Numbered from the stretch's first letter, positions 32,327 to 42,916 are shown. The stretch is DNA of 64,000 nt from Candidatus Multivorans sp. (GCA_965224025.1 OZ245033.1:1952001-2016000), one strand, 5' to 3'. Made by a program: numbers and translations. The notes: generated by a model not told the origin, from the sequence alone.

Positions 32327-32343
32327 GCAGGGACTCAGAGAGC

Positions 32344-33591
32344 ATGTTCGACACCCTGGAAGAGATTCGAAGGCAACTGGAGGTCAAGGAGGACGCCCGA
32401 GCAGAATTCAAGGAAGTCAAGCTAGGCAAGCACGGCGTCCGGTCCCCAAACACGGAGGACATGGCCGGCGAGATGGTTGCTTTCGCGAATGCCGAGGGCG
32501 GCGTGCTCTTCCTCGGTGTAGACGACGACGGCGTGGTGCGCGGCCTTCCAACCGACCGAGTGCGCGACGTGGAAGCCTGGGTCATCAACGTCGCCAGCAA
32601 CAACTGCGATCCCCCTATTCGTCCGATCCTGCGAAGAGAGCAGCTAGCCGGCCCGGATGGTTCGGATCGACTCGTGATTCTTGTGCAGGTCGGACGCGGG
32701 CTGTACGTCCACGGCACAAGCGGCGGGCGCTACCACGTTCGCGTCGGCTCCACGAAGCAACTCCTGAAGCGTGCCGCCTTGGCCCGCCTTTTTCAGGAGC
32801 GTGGACGCACCTTCGTCTTCGACGAACAACCGGTACCGACGGCGACGATGGACGATCTTGACCGCGACGACATGAGCGCATTCTTCGCCACTCGACCTCC
32901 GAAGATTCCTTGGCAGGACCTTCTTCGGAACACGCGCGTCGCGGCTGCAGAGGACAGCTTGGTGGAACGCCCTACCGTCGCAGGTCTGTTGGCGTTCGGC
33001 GCCAGACCTCAGGCACACCTGCCGTCAGCATACGTGGAAGCGGCGGTCTACCGGGGACACCGCCTCACGTCGGACGATCTCGTGCATGCCGAGTCCATCA
33101 AGGGCCAAGTCCGCGACCAGGTCGACGACTCGGTCGAGTTCGTCGACCGCTTCATGCTGCGGCCTGCACGCAAGGCGGCTGGCCGCACGGATCATCCTCA
33201 GTACAACATCGACGCGGTCCACGAAGCCATCGTGAACGCGCTGGCACACCGCGACTACTCGCTGGCTGGCGCGAAGATCCGGCTCTTTCTCTTCGCAGAC
33301 AGGATGGAACTCTACAGCCCAGGCGAACTCCCCAACACGCTGACCATCGAGACGATGCCCTACCGGGTCTTCACCCGCAATCAACTTCTGGTGAGTTTCC
33401 TGTCGCGCATGACGAGCCGCCGAACGGGCCGCGCCTTCCTTGAGTCGAGGGGCGAAGGCGTACGCGGCATCCTTGAAGCCAGCGAGGAGCATGCGGGCCG
33501 GCGGCCTGAATACAAGCTCTTCGGAGAAGAGTTGCGCCTGACCATCTGGGCGAAACCTTCGCCTCACGACGCAGGGCACGCTGAGCCGTGA
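32344..33591 (+). CDS. AlbA_2 (Schlafen-like) + HATPase_c_4 domain protein
   Basis: AEFKE, AFANAEGG.LFLGVDD, EAIVNALAHRDY, SPG, GEG. Confidence 0.88.
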   Translation: MFDTLEEIRRQLEVKEDARAEFKEVKLGKHGVRSPNTEDMAGEMVAFANAEGGVLFLGVDDDGVVRGLPTDRVRDVEAWVINVASNNCDPPIRPILRREQLAGPDGSDRLVILVQVGRGLYVHGTSGGRYHVRVGSTKQLLKRAALARLFQERGRTFVFDEQPVPTATMDDLDRDDMSAFFATRPPKIPWQDLLRNTRVAAAEDSLVERPTVAGLLAFGARPQAHLPSAYVEAAVYRGHRLTSDDLVHAESIKGQVRDQVDDSVEFVDRFMLRPARKAAGRTDHPQYNIDAVHEAIVNALAHRDYSLAGAKIRLFLFADRMELYSPGELPNTLTIETMPYRVFTRNQLLVSFLSRMTSRRTGRAFLESRGEGVRGILEASEEHAGRRPEYKLFGEELRLTIWAKPSPHDAGHAEP

Positions 33592-33652
33592 TGCCGAGCA
33601 CCTGGATGTGGAGACCGGGCGACGTTGGGCGAGATGGCGACCTGATGTATCG

Positions 33653-33715
33653 AACTGTCGGCACCCCCTTTCGGTTGCCGACAGTTTGACACACTAGGAC
33701 AAGCCAGCCTATGCT
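33653..33715 (+). promoter_or_regulatory. abiE promoter with inverted-repeat operator
   Basis: 11-bp IR AACTGTCGGCA (33653-33663) / TGCCGACAGTT (33676-33686) touching TTGACA-18-TATGCT; ATG at 33722. Confidence 0.7.
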
Positions 33716-33721
33716 CTCGGC

Positions 33722-34378
33722 ATGGCTGGCGAGAACAGCAGGCAACTGTCCACGATTGCCGACGTTTCCGACCACCGTTCCTCGCTGACCGGCGCCGCCC
33801 GGCAGAGCCTCGGCGCCAGGGGCTTCTTCCGCCAGCGCGATGCAGCCCAACTGGGCGTCCACTCCCGCCAACTACGGCAACTCGTGGATGCCGGGTCGGT
33901 CGAGAGAGTTGCCCGCGGTCTCTACCGGCTTGCCGACCTGGAACCCACCGAGCACTACACCCTGGCCGCCGTTTGCGCGCGGGTCCCGAACGCCATCGTC
34001 TGCCTGCTGTCCGCGCTGAGTGTCCACGGCCTTGGGACCCAGCTCCCGTGGCAGGAGTGGATCGCCATTCCGCACAAGGCCAGAGCCCCTCAACTTGGTG
34101 AGCTACCGGTCAAGCTCGTTCGCTTCTCCGGTGCCTCGCTCCACTACGGGGTCGTCACGGCGACCTTCGAGGGGGTTCCGACGCGCATCACGGGCCCGGC
34201 CCGAACGGTCGTGGACTGTTTTCGCTTCCGCAGGCTGGTCGGGAAAGACGTGGCGCTGGAGGCACTTCGCGACGCCCTGGGCGACCGGAAGGCAAGTGCC
34301 GACGAGATCTGGCGCGCGGCGGAGGTCTGCCGCGCGAAGTCGCTGGTCGGTCCGGTCCTGGAAGCTCTGTCGGCATGA
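33722..34378 (+). CDS. Type IV TA antitoxin, AbiEi family
   Basis: RVARGLYRL wHTH, CLLSALSVHGL, RTVVDCFRFR. Confidence 0.9.
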   Translation: MAGENSRQLSTIADVSDHRSSLTGAARQSLGARGFFRQRDAAQLGVHSRQLRQLVDAGSVERVARGLYRLADLEPTEHYTLAAVCARVPNAIVCLLSALSVHGLGTQLPWQEWIAIPHKARAPQLGELPVKLVRFSGASLHYGVVTATFEGVPTRITGPARTVVDCFRFRRLVGKDVALEALRDALGDRKASADEIWRAAEVCRAKSLVGPVLEALSA

Positions 34379-35334
34379 GCCGCAAGAGGGAGATCCGCAA
34401 CGTTCCCGCCTCCATTCACCAGCGCCTGCTGAACCTCGCTCACCGCCAGGGGATCCGCTTCAATCTCCTGCTCCAGCGCTACGCCATGGAGCGCTTTCTG
34501 TACCGTCTCGCGGTCTCCCGTGAAGTGGATCGATTCACCCTGAAGGGTGCCGCTCTCTTCCGGATATGGACCGGACAGGAACTGCGACCCACCCGGGACA
34601 TCGACTTTCTCGCGTCTGCACCCGAAGACCATGCGGCCCTACGGACCTCATTCGAAGCGATCTGCGCCGTGCCGTGCCCCCAGGACGGCGTCATCTTCGA
34701 CCCGGCGACGATCCAGATGCGCGACATCCGCGAAGAACAGCCCTACGGCGGCGTGCGGCTACGGATGCAGGGCCGTCTCGGCCAAGCGCGACTCCACCTC
34801 CAGGTGGACATCGGCTTCGGCGACGTCATCACGCCCGAGCGCGAGGAGCGCGACTACCCGACCCTTCTCGACCTGCCTGCCCCGCGTCTATGGACCTACC
34901 CGCGGGAGACTCTCGTCGCCGAGAAGTTCGACGCGATGGTGAACCGGGGCATGACGAACACTCGGGTGAAGGACCTATGGGACATCGCCTGCCTCGCAAG
35001 GCGTTTCGCGTTCGACGGTGAGACGTTGCGCACCGCGATCGAGGAGACTCTCCGGAGACGGCGAACACCACTCGCAGGCGAGAGGCCCGTAGCGCTCACG
35101 CCCGGCTACTACCTGGATGCCACGCGCGCGCAACGGTGGCAGGTCCTGCAGGGACAGATTGGCGCGTCGGCCGACGGGCCTGCCCTGCTCGTGGACGCGG
35201 GGGAAGAGCTGCTGCGCTTCTTGGGGCCGGTGTGCGACAGCCTCATCGAGGGCGGCGCGTTCACGCAGGCCTGGTCCGCCGGTGGGCCTTGGCGGCCGGG
35301 AACTGGGGCGACAGGGGGAGGCGAAGGATCGTGA
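34375..35334 (+). CDS. Type IV TA toxin, AbiEii nucleotidyltransferase
   Basis: LKGA, RPTRDIDF, AEKF, RVKDLWD. Confidence 0.92.
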   Translation: MSRKREIRNVPASIHQRLLNLAHRQGIRFNLLLQRYAMERFLYRLAVSREVDRFTLKGAALFRIWTGQELRPTRDIDFLASAPEDHAALRTSFEAICAVPCPQDGVIFDPATIQMRDIREEQPYGGVRLRMQGRLGQARLHLQVDIGFGDVITPEREERDYPTLLDLPAPRLWTYPRETLVAEKFDAMVNRGMTNTRVKDLWDIACLARRFAFDGETLRTAIEETLRRRRTPLAGERPVALTPGYYLDATRAQRWQVLQGQIGASADGPALLVDAGEELLRFLGPVCDSLIEGGAFTQAWSAGGPWRPGTGATGGGEGS

Positions 35335-36689
35335 CCGGCAAGAGGAGTCGGCCCGGGCTGCATCCACTGTGGCGCTTTGCTCCCTACCCGGAGTACAAGG
35401 ACTCCGGCGTCGAGTGGTTGGGCGACGTCCCAGCTAACTGGAAGCTCAAACGGCTCAAGACCCTAGCCTCCGTCCGCCTGAGCAATGTCGACAAGAAGTC
35501 CGAAGAAGGCCAAGTTCCGGTCAGGCTCTGCAACTACGTCGACGTGTACTACAACGACTTCATCACGGCCGAAATCGAGTTCATGAACGCGACCGCAACA
35601 CCCGGCCAGGTGCGCCGATTCCGGCTTCGGACCGGGGACGTCCTGGTCACGAAGGACTCTGAGGCCTGGAACGACATCGCGATTCCTGCCGTCGTCACGG
35701 AAGAACTCGCCGACGTGGTCTGTGGCTATCACCTAGCGCTGATCAAGCCACAGCGGGGCCTTGACGGGCGGTTTCTTGCCCGCCAGTTCTCAGCAATCGG
35801 CATACGGAACCAGTTCCATCTGGCCGCTAACGGCATAACAAGGTTCGGTCTGGGAGGAGACGCAATCCGGACAGGCCTTCTTCCCGTCCCGCCCATCGAG
35901 GAGCAACAAGCCATCGCGGGCTTCCTCGACCGCGAAACGGCGAAGCTCGACGATTTGGTAGCTCAAAAGGAACGCCTGATCGAGTTGCTTCAGGAGAAGA
36001 GCTCTGCTCTCATCACCCGCGTCGTCACCAAGGGCCTCGACGCCAGCGTCCCCATGAAGGACTCCGGTGTCGAGTGGCTGGGCGAGATCCCGGGACACTG
36101 GGGGAAAAAGAAGATCAAGCGGCTCTTTGTGTACAAGAAACGCCAAGGGTTCCCTGAGCGAACGGTTCTTTCTGTGTATCGCGAGCACGGAGTGATCGAG
36201 AAGTCGTCACGAAACGACAATTTCAACCGCACACCAGAGAACTTGGACAGTTACCAAGTTGTGGATCCGGGAGACCTCGTCATCAACAAGATGAAGGCCT
36301 GGCAAGGTTCTCTCGGAATCTCTTCGCTCCCGGGCATTACGAGCCCCGACTACATCGTGTACGCCCCGGTTCACGAAGAAAGTGAGAGGTTTCTACATTA
36401 CTTCTTGCGGTGCAAGCTCTTGGCCCGCATCTACCTCACCATGTCGAACGGCATTCGCCCGAGCCAGTGGCGGCTTGAGCCGCAACGATTCGAGGATCTC
36501 GCCGTGTTCTGCCCGCCGCCCGTAGAACAGGATCGGATCGCGGCGTGCCTCGATAGAGAGACAATGAAGATCGATGCCCTCGCCGCCGAGATTCGCAAAG
36601 CCATCGACCATCTCAACGAACTTCGCACCGCCCTCATATCCGCCGCCGTCACCGGCAAGATCGACGTTCGGGAGACAAGGCCGCGATGA
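35331..36689 (+). CDS. hsdS: Type I R-M specificity subunit
   Basis: Two KDSGVEWLG.. repeats, PP.EEQ helices, [10 protein letters not shown]. Confidence 0.93.
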   Translation: MTGKRSRPGLHPLWRFAPYPEYKDSGVEWLGDVPANWKLKRLKTLASVRLSNVDKKSEEGQVPVRLCNYVDVYYNDFITAEIEFMNATATPGQVRRFRLRTGDVLVTKDSEAWNDIAIPAVVTEELADVVCGYHLALIKPQRGLDGRFLARQFSAIGIRNQFHLAANGITRFGLGGDAIRTGLLPVPPIEEQQAIAGFLDRETAKLDDLVAQKERLIELLQEKSSALITRVVTKGLDASVPMKDSGVEWLGEIPGHWGKKKIKRLFVYKKRQGFPERTVLSVYREHGVIEKSSRNDNFNRTPENLDSYQVVDPGDLVINKMKAWQGSLGISSLPGITSPDYIVYAPVHEESERFLHYFLRCKLLARIYLTMSNGIRPSQWRLEPQRFEDLAVFCPPPVEQDRIAACLDRETMKIDALAAEIRKAIDHLNELRTALISAAVTGKIDVRETRPR

Positions 36690-37122
36690 CCTTCGATCCT
36701 CACTTCACCGTCACCAACAAGATCACCGCCGACCTTACGCGCATCGAGCGGGCACGCGGATTCCTGGAGGCGGCGACACTCTCCGAGGACTGGATCCGCC
36801 AGATGGGTGCTGGTGCTCTGATCCTCGAAGCGCACCACACGACCCACATCGAGGGAACGAAGCTCTCGCTGGACGAATCCGAGCGGCTTCTGGCTGGCGA
36901 GGCCGTACCCGGGGCGGACCCCGAGGACGTTCGCGAACTCCTGAACTACCGCGACGCGTTCGATTTCGTCTCCGCCTGGCTCGGCAGCGGCGGACCGATC
37001 ACCGACGCCTGCTCTCGACACTCTGCTCGTACAGAGCCGGGTACGAAGGCTTGCTCGTCGGAGGGGGAACCGCCCCGACAGATCCAACGCGGCACTACCG
37101 GCCGGCACCCGGCCTGATGTGA
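36686..37122 (+). pseudogene. Fic-family protein, internally deleted
   Basis: N-terminal AHHTTHIEG...ELLNY present, HPFxDGNGR absent; C-terminal-like GLL...PTDPTRHY in another frame. Confidence 0.75.
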
Positions 37123-37129
37123 CCGAGCG

Positions 37130-37184
37130 AGCTACGACAAGCTGCGACACCAGCTACGACAAGCTGTGACATCGAGCTGTGACA
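37130..37184. repeat. Five copies of decamer AGCTRYGACA
   Basis: Copies at 37130, 37140, 37152, 37162, 37175. Confidence 0.85.
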
Positions 37185-37227
37185 CGGCACCGCGCCCAGA
37201 TCGCATCCTTCAAACCCACCGTCCAAC

Positions 37228-40200
37228 ATGACCCCCGATATCTCCGAACGCGCCTTCGAAAACGCCATCGAGCGGGCGCTCCTGCGGCACGGCCCTGACG
37301 CCTACCCGGAGGACGCAGGAGAACTGCGGGAGCCGGCCGCGTCATACGGCGACGACCCACTGCCCGGCAGCTTCCACAAGCGCAGCAGCAAGGACGACTA
37401 CGACCGCAGCCTCTGCCTCGTCCCCACCGACGTCCTCGACTTCTTCCTGGCAACTCAGCCCAAGGAGTGGCAGAAGCTCAAGCAGCACTACGGCGCCGAC
37501 GTCAAGCCACGCTTCCTGGGCCGCCTCTCCCGCGAGATCGCCCGGCGGGGCGCGCTCGACGTGCTGCGAAATGGCGTAAGAGACTCGGGCTGCAAGTTCC
37601 GGCTCGCGTACTTCCAGCCGGCGAGCGGCCTCAACGAGGAACTCCAGCGCCTCCACGCGGCGAACCTCTTCGCCGTCGTACGCCAGCTCCGCTTCAGCGA
37701 AAACTCTGAGAAGAGCGTCGACCTCGGACTCTTCCTGAACGGCATTCCCATCTTCACGGCCGAACTGAAGAACCCTCTCACCGGGCAGACCGTGGAGGAC
37801 GCGATCCGCCAGTACAAGACCGACCGCGATCCGCGCGAGCCGCTTTTCGGGTACGGCCGCTGCCTCGCCCACTTCGCCGTCGACCCCGAACAGGTGTTCG
37901 TGACCACGCACCTCCTTGGACCGAAGACCCGCTTCCTGCCGTTCAACCAGGGCCGCTTCGGCGGCGCCGGCAACCCGCCCGTCCCGCCCACGCGCGAGGG
38001 CTACGCAACCGACTACCTCTGGGAGCGGATCTGGGCCCGCGACAGCATCCTCGACCTAGTTCGCCAGTTCATCCAGGAAGTCGAGGAGGAAGACGAACGC
38101 AACCGCAGGACGGGTAAACGCTTCCTGATCTTCCCGCGCTACCAGCAACTCGACTGCGTCCGCCGGCTCGTCAGCCACGCCCGCAACCACGGCCCCGGCG
38201 AGCGCTACCTGATCCAGCACTCGGCCGGCAGCGGCAAGAGCTACACCATCGCCTGGCTCGCCCACCGGCTCTCGGTGCTGCATGACATCGACGACCGGCG
38301 CGTCTTCGACTCCGTCGTCGTGGTGACCGACCGTCGCGTGCTCGACCGCCAGCTCCAGCAGACCGTCCGGCAGTTCGAGCAGACCCTCGGCGTGGTCGAG
38401 AACATCGACCAGACCTCCCGCCAACTCCGCCAGGCTCTGGAAGCCGGTCGGACGATCATCGTCACCACGCTCCAGAAGTTCCCGGTCATCGCCGACGAGA
38501 TCGGCCAGCTCCCCGGAAAGCGCTTCGCGGTGATCGCGGACGAAGCGCACTCCTCCCAGTCAGGCGAGAGCACGAAGAGCCTCAAGGCGGTCCTCGACGC
38601 CGAGAGCCTGGAGGACGCCGAGCAGGAGGAGGCGGGCGCAGCGACACCCGAGGAGGAGATCGAGGACCGCGTCCACGAGGAGATCCGCCAACGCGGCCCA
38701 CTCCCGAACCTCTCGACGTTCGCCTTCACGGCGACCCCAAAGCCCAAGACTCTCGAGCTCTTCGGCGAGAAACAGCCGGACGGCAAGTTCAAGCCCTTCC
38801 ACCTCTACAGCATGCGCCAGGCGATCGAGGAGGGGTTCATTCTCGACGTTCTCGAGAGCTACACCACCTACAAGGCCTACTGGCGCCTGAAGAAGAAGAT
38901 CGAGGCCGACCCCCGGTACGACAAGTCGAAGGCCGAGCACCTGCTCAAGTCCTTCGTGGAACTCCATCCGCACGCCATTCACGAGAAGATCGCCATCTGC
39001 GTGGAGCACTTCGCCGAACTCGTCGCACACGAGGTCCGCGGCCGCGCCAAGGCGATGATCGTCACCCGCTCCCGCCTGCACGGGGTGCGCACCAAGCTCG
39101 CCCTGGATCGCTACCTGCAAGAGAAGGCCCGCTCCTGGAAGGCGCTCGTCGCCTTCTCCGGAACGGTCAAGGACTGCGGCGAGTCCTACACGGAGTCCGG
39201 CATGAACTCCGTCGGACAGGACCGGGTGATCGGCGAGCGGCAGACGGCCGCCGAGTTCGACAAGCCCGAGTACCGCTTCCTGGTGGTCGCCAACAAGTTC
39301 CAGACCGGGTTCGACCAGCCGCTGCTGCACACGATGTACGTGGACAAGAAACTCGGCGGCGTGAACGCCGTCCAGACCCTGTCCCGCCTGAACCGCACCC
39401 ACCCCGACAAGGGCGGCACGATGGTCCTCGACTTCGCCAACGAGCCCGATCAGATCCGCGAAGCGTTCGAGCCGTACTACGAGACCACTCTGCTATCCGA
39501 GGAGACCGATCCCAACCTGCTCTACGAGGTTCAGGGCCGGCTGCTCGACTTCGGCGTGTTCGCGGCAACCGACATCGGGACTTTCGCCACCGTGTACTTC
39601 GGGGGGAAAGCGACGCAGGACCGGCTCTACGCCGCACTCGAACCCGCGCGGCAACGCTTCGCCGAGCTCGTCGATGAGGAAGGGCGAGACTTCCTCGGCC
39701 AACTCACCTACTACGTGCGCCTCTACGCCTTCCTCTCCCAGGTCCTGACCTTCGCCGACACCGACCTCGAGAAGCTCTACCAGTTCGCCAGGCACCTTCG
39801 CCGCCTCCTGTCAGTGGGCCGAGAGGCCCTGCCCCTCGAGGTGCAGCAGAACATCGACATGGAGTCGTTCCGCATCCAGCGAACGAGCCGCGGCCGGATC
39901 GCACTCGAACGGCATGTACGGCCACTGGAGCCGGCCGGAAGCAAGACAGAAAGAGGCGCCGGCGGCGAGCAGTTGGAAGCCCTCTCCCGGATCATCGAGG
40001 GCCTGAACGAGCGATTCGGCCTCAACCTCACCGACGAGCACCGCGTGACGCTCGAACAGATCCGCTCCGCCCTCGACAAGGACGCCGGACTCACCGCGAG
40101 CGCCCGCGTCAACACCCGCGAGAACGTCCGCCTGACCTTCGACCCGAAGGTCGAGGACAAGATCCAGGAGATCGTCGAGACCAACTTCGACCTCTACAAG

Positions 40201-40767
40201 CGCATCACCGACGATCCCGAGTTCGGCCAGGCCCTCAAGGACGTCCTCTTCGAGGACTACATCCGTCGACACCGTCGGGCCGAGGAGCTCCTCAAGCTCC
40301 AGGAGTCCAAGACGCTTGAGTTCAAGTCCAGCCTGCGCTGGAGCCTGAAGGAGGACCGCAAGGACGACCGGCACGTCACCCACGCCGCGCTCAAGACGAT
40401 CGCCGCCTTCCTCAACACCGAAGGCGGCGACCTTCTGATCGGCGTCGACGACGACCGCAAGGTGCTTGGCATCGACCACGATCGCCTGGAGAGCGACGAC
40501 AAGTTCATGCGACACCTTGCCCAGGTCGTGCGCAACGGCCTGGGTGACCGTGCGGGCACCTGCATCGATCCTGAGACGCAGATCGTGGAGGGAAAGACCG
40601 TGTGTCTGGTGAGTTGCCAGCGAAGCCCGGAACCCGTGTACCTGCGGTGGAAGGGGCTGGAGAAGACCGAGATGGGCGATTTCTTTGTGCGGAGCGGCCC
40701 AGGAACGGTGCGGCTTGGCGAGAAGGACGCCGGGAAGTTCGTGGCTACTCACTTCCCGGCCGACTGA
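37228..40767 (+). CDS. hsdR: Type I R-M restriction subunit with extra C-terminal AlbA_2 domain
   Basis: D..ELK nuclease, HSAGSGKS, DEAH, FTATP, TGFD, QTLSRLNR; tail LEFKSSLRW...AFLNTEGGDLLIGVDD. Confidence 0.93.
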   Translation: MTPDISERAFENAIERALLRHGPDAYPEDAGELREPAASYGDDPLPGSFHKRSSKDDYDRSLCLVPTDVLDFFLATQPKEWQKLKQHYGADVKPRFLGRLSREIARRGALDVLRNGVRDSGCKFRLAYFQPASGLNEELQRLHAANLFAVVRQLRFSENSEKSVDLGLFLNGIPIFTAELKNPLTGQTVEDAIRQYKTDRDPREPLFGYGRCLAHFAVDPEQVFVTTHLLGPKTRFLPFNQGRFGGAGNPPVPPTREGYATDYLWERIWARDSILDLVRQFIQEVEEEDERNRRTGKRFLIFPRYQQLDCVRRLVSHARNHGPGERYLIQHSAGSGKSYTIAWLAHRLSVLHDIDDRRVFDSVVVVTDRRVLDRQLQQTVRQFEQTLGVVENIDQTSRQLRQALEAGRTIIVTTLQKFPVIADEIGQLPGKRFAVIADEAHSSQSGESTKSLKAVLDAESLEDAEQEEAGAATPEEEIEDRVHEEIRQRGPLPNLSTFAFTATPKPKTLELFGEKQPDGKFKPFHLYSMRQAIEEGFILDVLESYTTYKAYWRLKKKIEADPRYDKSKAEHLLKSFVELHPHAIHEKIAICVEHFAELVAHEVRGRAKAMIVTRSRLHGVRTKLALDRYLQEKARSWKALVAFSGTVKDCGESYTESGMNSVGQDRVIGERQTAAEFDKPEYRFLVVANKFQTGFDQPLLHTMYVDKKLGGVNAVQTLSRLNRTHPDKGGTMVLDFANEPDQIREAFEPYYETTLLSEETDPNLLYEVQGRLLDFGVFAATDIGTFATVYFGGKATQDRLYAALEPARQRFAELVDEEGRDFLGQLTYYVRLYAFLSQVLTFADTDLEKLYQFARHLRRLLSVGREALPLEVQQNIDMESFRIQRTSRGRIALERHVRPLEPAGSKTERGAGGEQLEALSRIIEGLNERFGLNLTDEHRVTLEQIRSALDKDAGLTASARVNTRENVRLTFDPKVEDKIQEIVETNFDLYKRITDDPEFGQALKDVLFEDYIRRHRRAEELLKLQESKTLEFKSSLRWSLKEDRKDDRHVTHAALKTIAAFLNTEGGDLLIGVDDDRKVLGIDHDRLESDDKFMRHLAQVVRNGLGDRAGTCIDPETQIVEGKTVCLVSCQRSPEPVYLRWKGLEKTEMGDFFVRSGPGTVRLGEKDAGKFVATHFPAD

Positions 40768-40945
40768 TCCGGCTCGCCTACGCCGCGCGAGCCACGGAGA
40801 CTCCAAGATCCGTCCAACAAACTGAGACCTTTTACGCTTCAACCGATCGAGTCGATAGAGAGGACACACCAGGGACATCGCCGTGTGCCCTCATGTCGAC
40901 GCGCGTTTCCCTCCTGTACACTGGCTCGATCCAGTGGCGCCCTCC

Positions 40946-42916
40946 ATGAACGTGGCCAAGACCCTGCTCCTCTCCTGTTGCGCGGCGCCGCTGCTCGTCG
41001 CCGCTGTCGCGACTGCCGCCGACACCGACTGGCCCAACTTCGGCAACGACGCCGGCAATTCGAAGTACTCGCCGCTGGCCCAGATAGACGCCGACAACTT
41101 CGATCGTGTGCGGGTGGTCTGGACCTGGGAGTCGGTCGACACCCGGATTCCGAACCTGCCTGACTCGATCAGGCCGCGGTCTTTCAAGGCCATTCCGGTG
41201 GTCATCGACGGCCGTATGTACGTGAGCACCTCCCTCGGCCAGGTGGCGGCGATCGACGCCGCCTCGGGCAAGCCGCTGTGGAGCTACGACCCCCAGAGCT
41301 GGGAGGCGGGGCGGCCGGCGAACATGGGGTTCCAACACCGCGGAGTGGCGATCTGGGGCAAGGGGGAGAAGCAACGAGTGATGATGGCCACCCACGACCG
41401 GCGCCTGCTCTCGCTCGACGCCACGACCGGCAGGCCCGATCCCGCCTTCGGGAATCGGGGCGCACTGGGGATGACCGAGGATCTGGGCCGCAAGGTCCTC
41501 GAGTCGCGAACCACACACAGCTCGCCGCCGGCGATCTGTCGCGACACCGTGATCGTGGGCTCGATCGTGGCCGATATAGCCACACATCAAGAGGCGCCGC
41601 CGGGCTTCGTGCGCGCCTATGACGCCGAGAGCGGCGCCCTGGCGTGGGTCTTTCACACCATACCCCAGCAGGGAGAGGAGGGCACAGAGACCTGGGAGAA
41701 CGAGTCGTGGCGCTACAGCGGCAATACCAATGTGTGGTCGATGATCACCGTCGACGAAGAGCTCGGCCTCGCCTATCTTCCGATCGGCACACCGACGAGT
41801 GACCTCTACGGTGGTCATCGCCTTGGCGACAACCTCTACGCCGAGAGCCTGGTGGCGGTCGACTGCGAGACCGGCCAAAAACGCTGGCACTTCCAGATCG
41901 TGCACCACGGCCTCTGGGACTACGACCTGCCACCGCCGCCGAACAGGATCGATCTGATGGTGGATGGCAAGCCCCGGAAGGTGGTGGCGCAAGCCAGCAA
42001 GCAGGCCTTCCTCTTCGTCCTCGACGCGGTGACGGGAGAGCCGCTGTGGCCGGTCGAAGAGCGTCCCGTGCCTCCGAGCCAGGTGCCTGGAGAGAGCGCC
42101 TCGCCGACCCAGCCTTTCCCCACCAAGCCCGCCGCCTACGATCGCCAGGGCATCAGCGTAGACGACCTGATCGACTTCACCCCCCAGCTTCGGGAAGAAG
42201 CCCTCGAGATCGCGAGCGCGTACGAGCTGGCGCCTCTCTACACGCCGCCTCGGGTCGCGGGCGAGGGTAAGCCGGTGATCCAGCAGCCCGGTCCGGGTGG
42301 AGGCACCAACTGGACCGGCACCGCGGTGGACCCCGAAAGCGGCATGATCTACGTGCCTTCCTACGCCACCCCGAGATCCGTTTCTCTCACCTCGCCCGAC
42401 CCCAATCGATCGAATCTGCGTTACGTACCCGACGGCTGGTACGAGCACGTCGAGGGTCCTCGAGGTCTGCCGCTGGTCAAGCCGCCATACGGACGCGTCA
42501 CCGCGATCGATCTCGCTACCGGCGAGCACGTCTGGGTCGCGGCCCACGGTGAGGGGCCGCGCAACCACCCGGCGATCAAGCACCTGGGCCTGGATCGCCT
42601 GGGCTCCCCGAACCGGTTTGCAGCGCCGCTGGTGACCAGGACTCTGTTGTTCGTCACCCATCGTGCCGAGAGCACCACCGGCGCCGATCCTCCCACCACG
42701 GATCGACCCGCCGAGATCAGCGTTTACGACAAGAAGACCGGGGCCTACCTGGGCGGCATCGAGCTCCCCGCCTTGCCCAACTCGAACCTCATCACCTACG
42801 AAGTGGGGGGTCGTCAGTATCTCGCGCTAAGCGTCGGTGGCGGAAGAGAGGCTACCGAGACCGACCCTCCTGCCGGTGTGGTCGCACTCGCGCTCGCCGG
42901 AGAGGAGGCAGAGTAG
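40946..42916 (+). CDS. PQQ-dependent dehydrogenase (glucose/quinate DH-like)
   Basis: Signal peptide, YSPLAQI, WHFQIVHHGLWDYD, SPTQPFP, KPPYG. Confidence 0.9.
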   Translation: MNVAKTLLLSCCAAPLLVAAVATAADTDWPNFGNDAGNSKYSPLAQIDADNFDRVRVVWTWESVDTRIPNLPDSIRPRSFKAIPVVIDGRMYVSTSLGQVAAIDAASGKPLWSYDPQSWEAGRPANMGFQHRGVAIWGKGEKQRVMMATHDRRLLSLDATTGRPDPAFGNRGALGMTEDLGRKVLESRTTHSSPPAICRDTVIVGSIVADIATHQEAPPGFVRAYDAESGALAWVFHTIPQQGEEGTETWENESWRYSGNTNVWSMITVDEELGLAYLPIGTPTSDLYGGHRLGDNLYAESLVAVDCETGQKRWHFQIVHHGLWDYDLPPPPNRIDLMVDGKPRKVVAQASKQAFLFVLDAVTGEPLWPVEERPVPPSQVPGESASPTQPFPTKPAAYDRQGISVDDLIDFTPQLREEALEIASAYELAPLYTPPRVAGEGKPVIQQPGPGGGTNWTGTAVDPESGMIYVPSYATPRSVSLTSPDPNRSNLRYVPDGWYEHVEGPRGLPLVKPPYGRVTAIDLATGEHVWVAAHGEGPRNHPAIKHLGLDRLGSPNRFAAPLVTRTLLFVTHRAESTTGADPPTTDRPAEISVYDKKTGAYLGGIELPALPNSNLITYEVGGRQYLALSVGGGREATETDPPAGVVALALAGEEAE

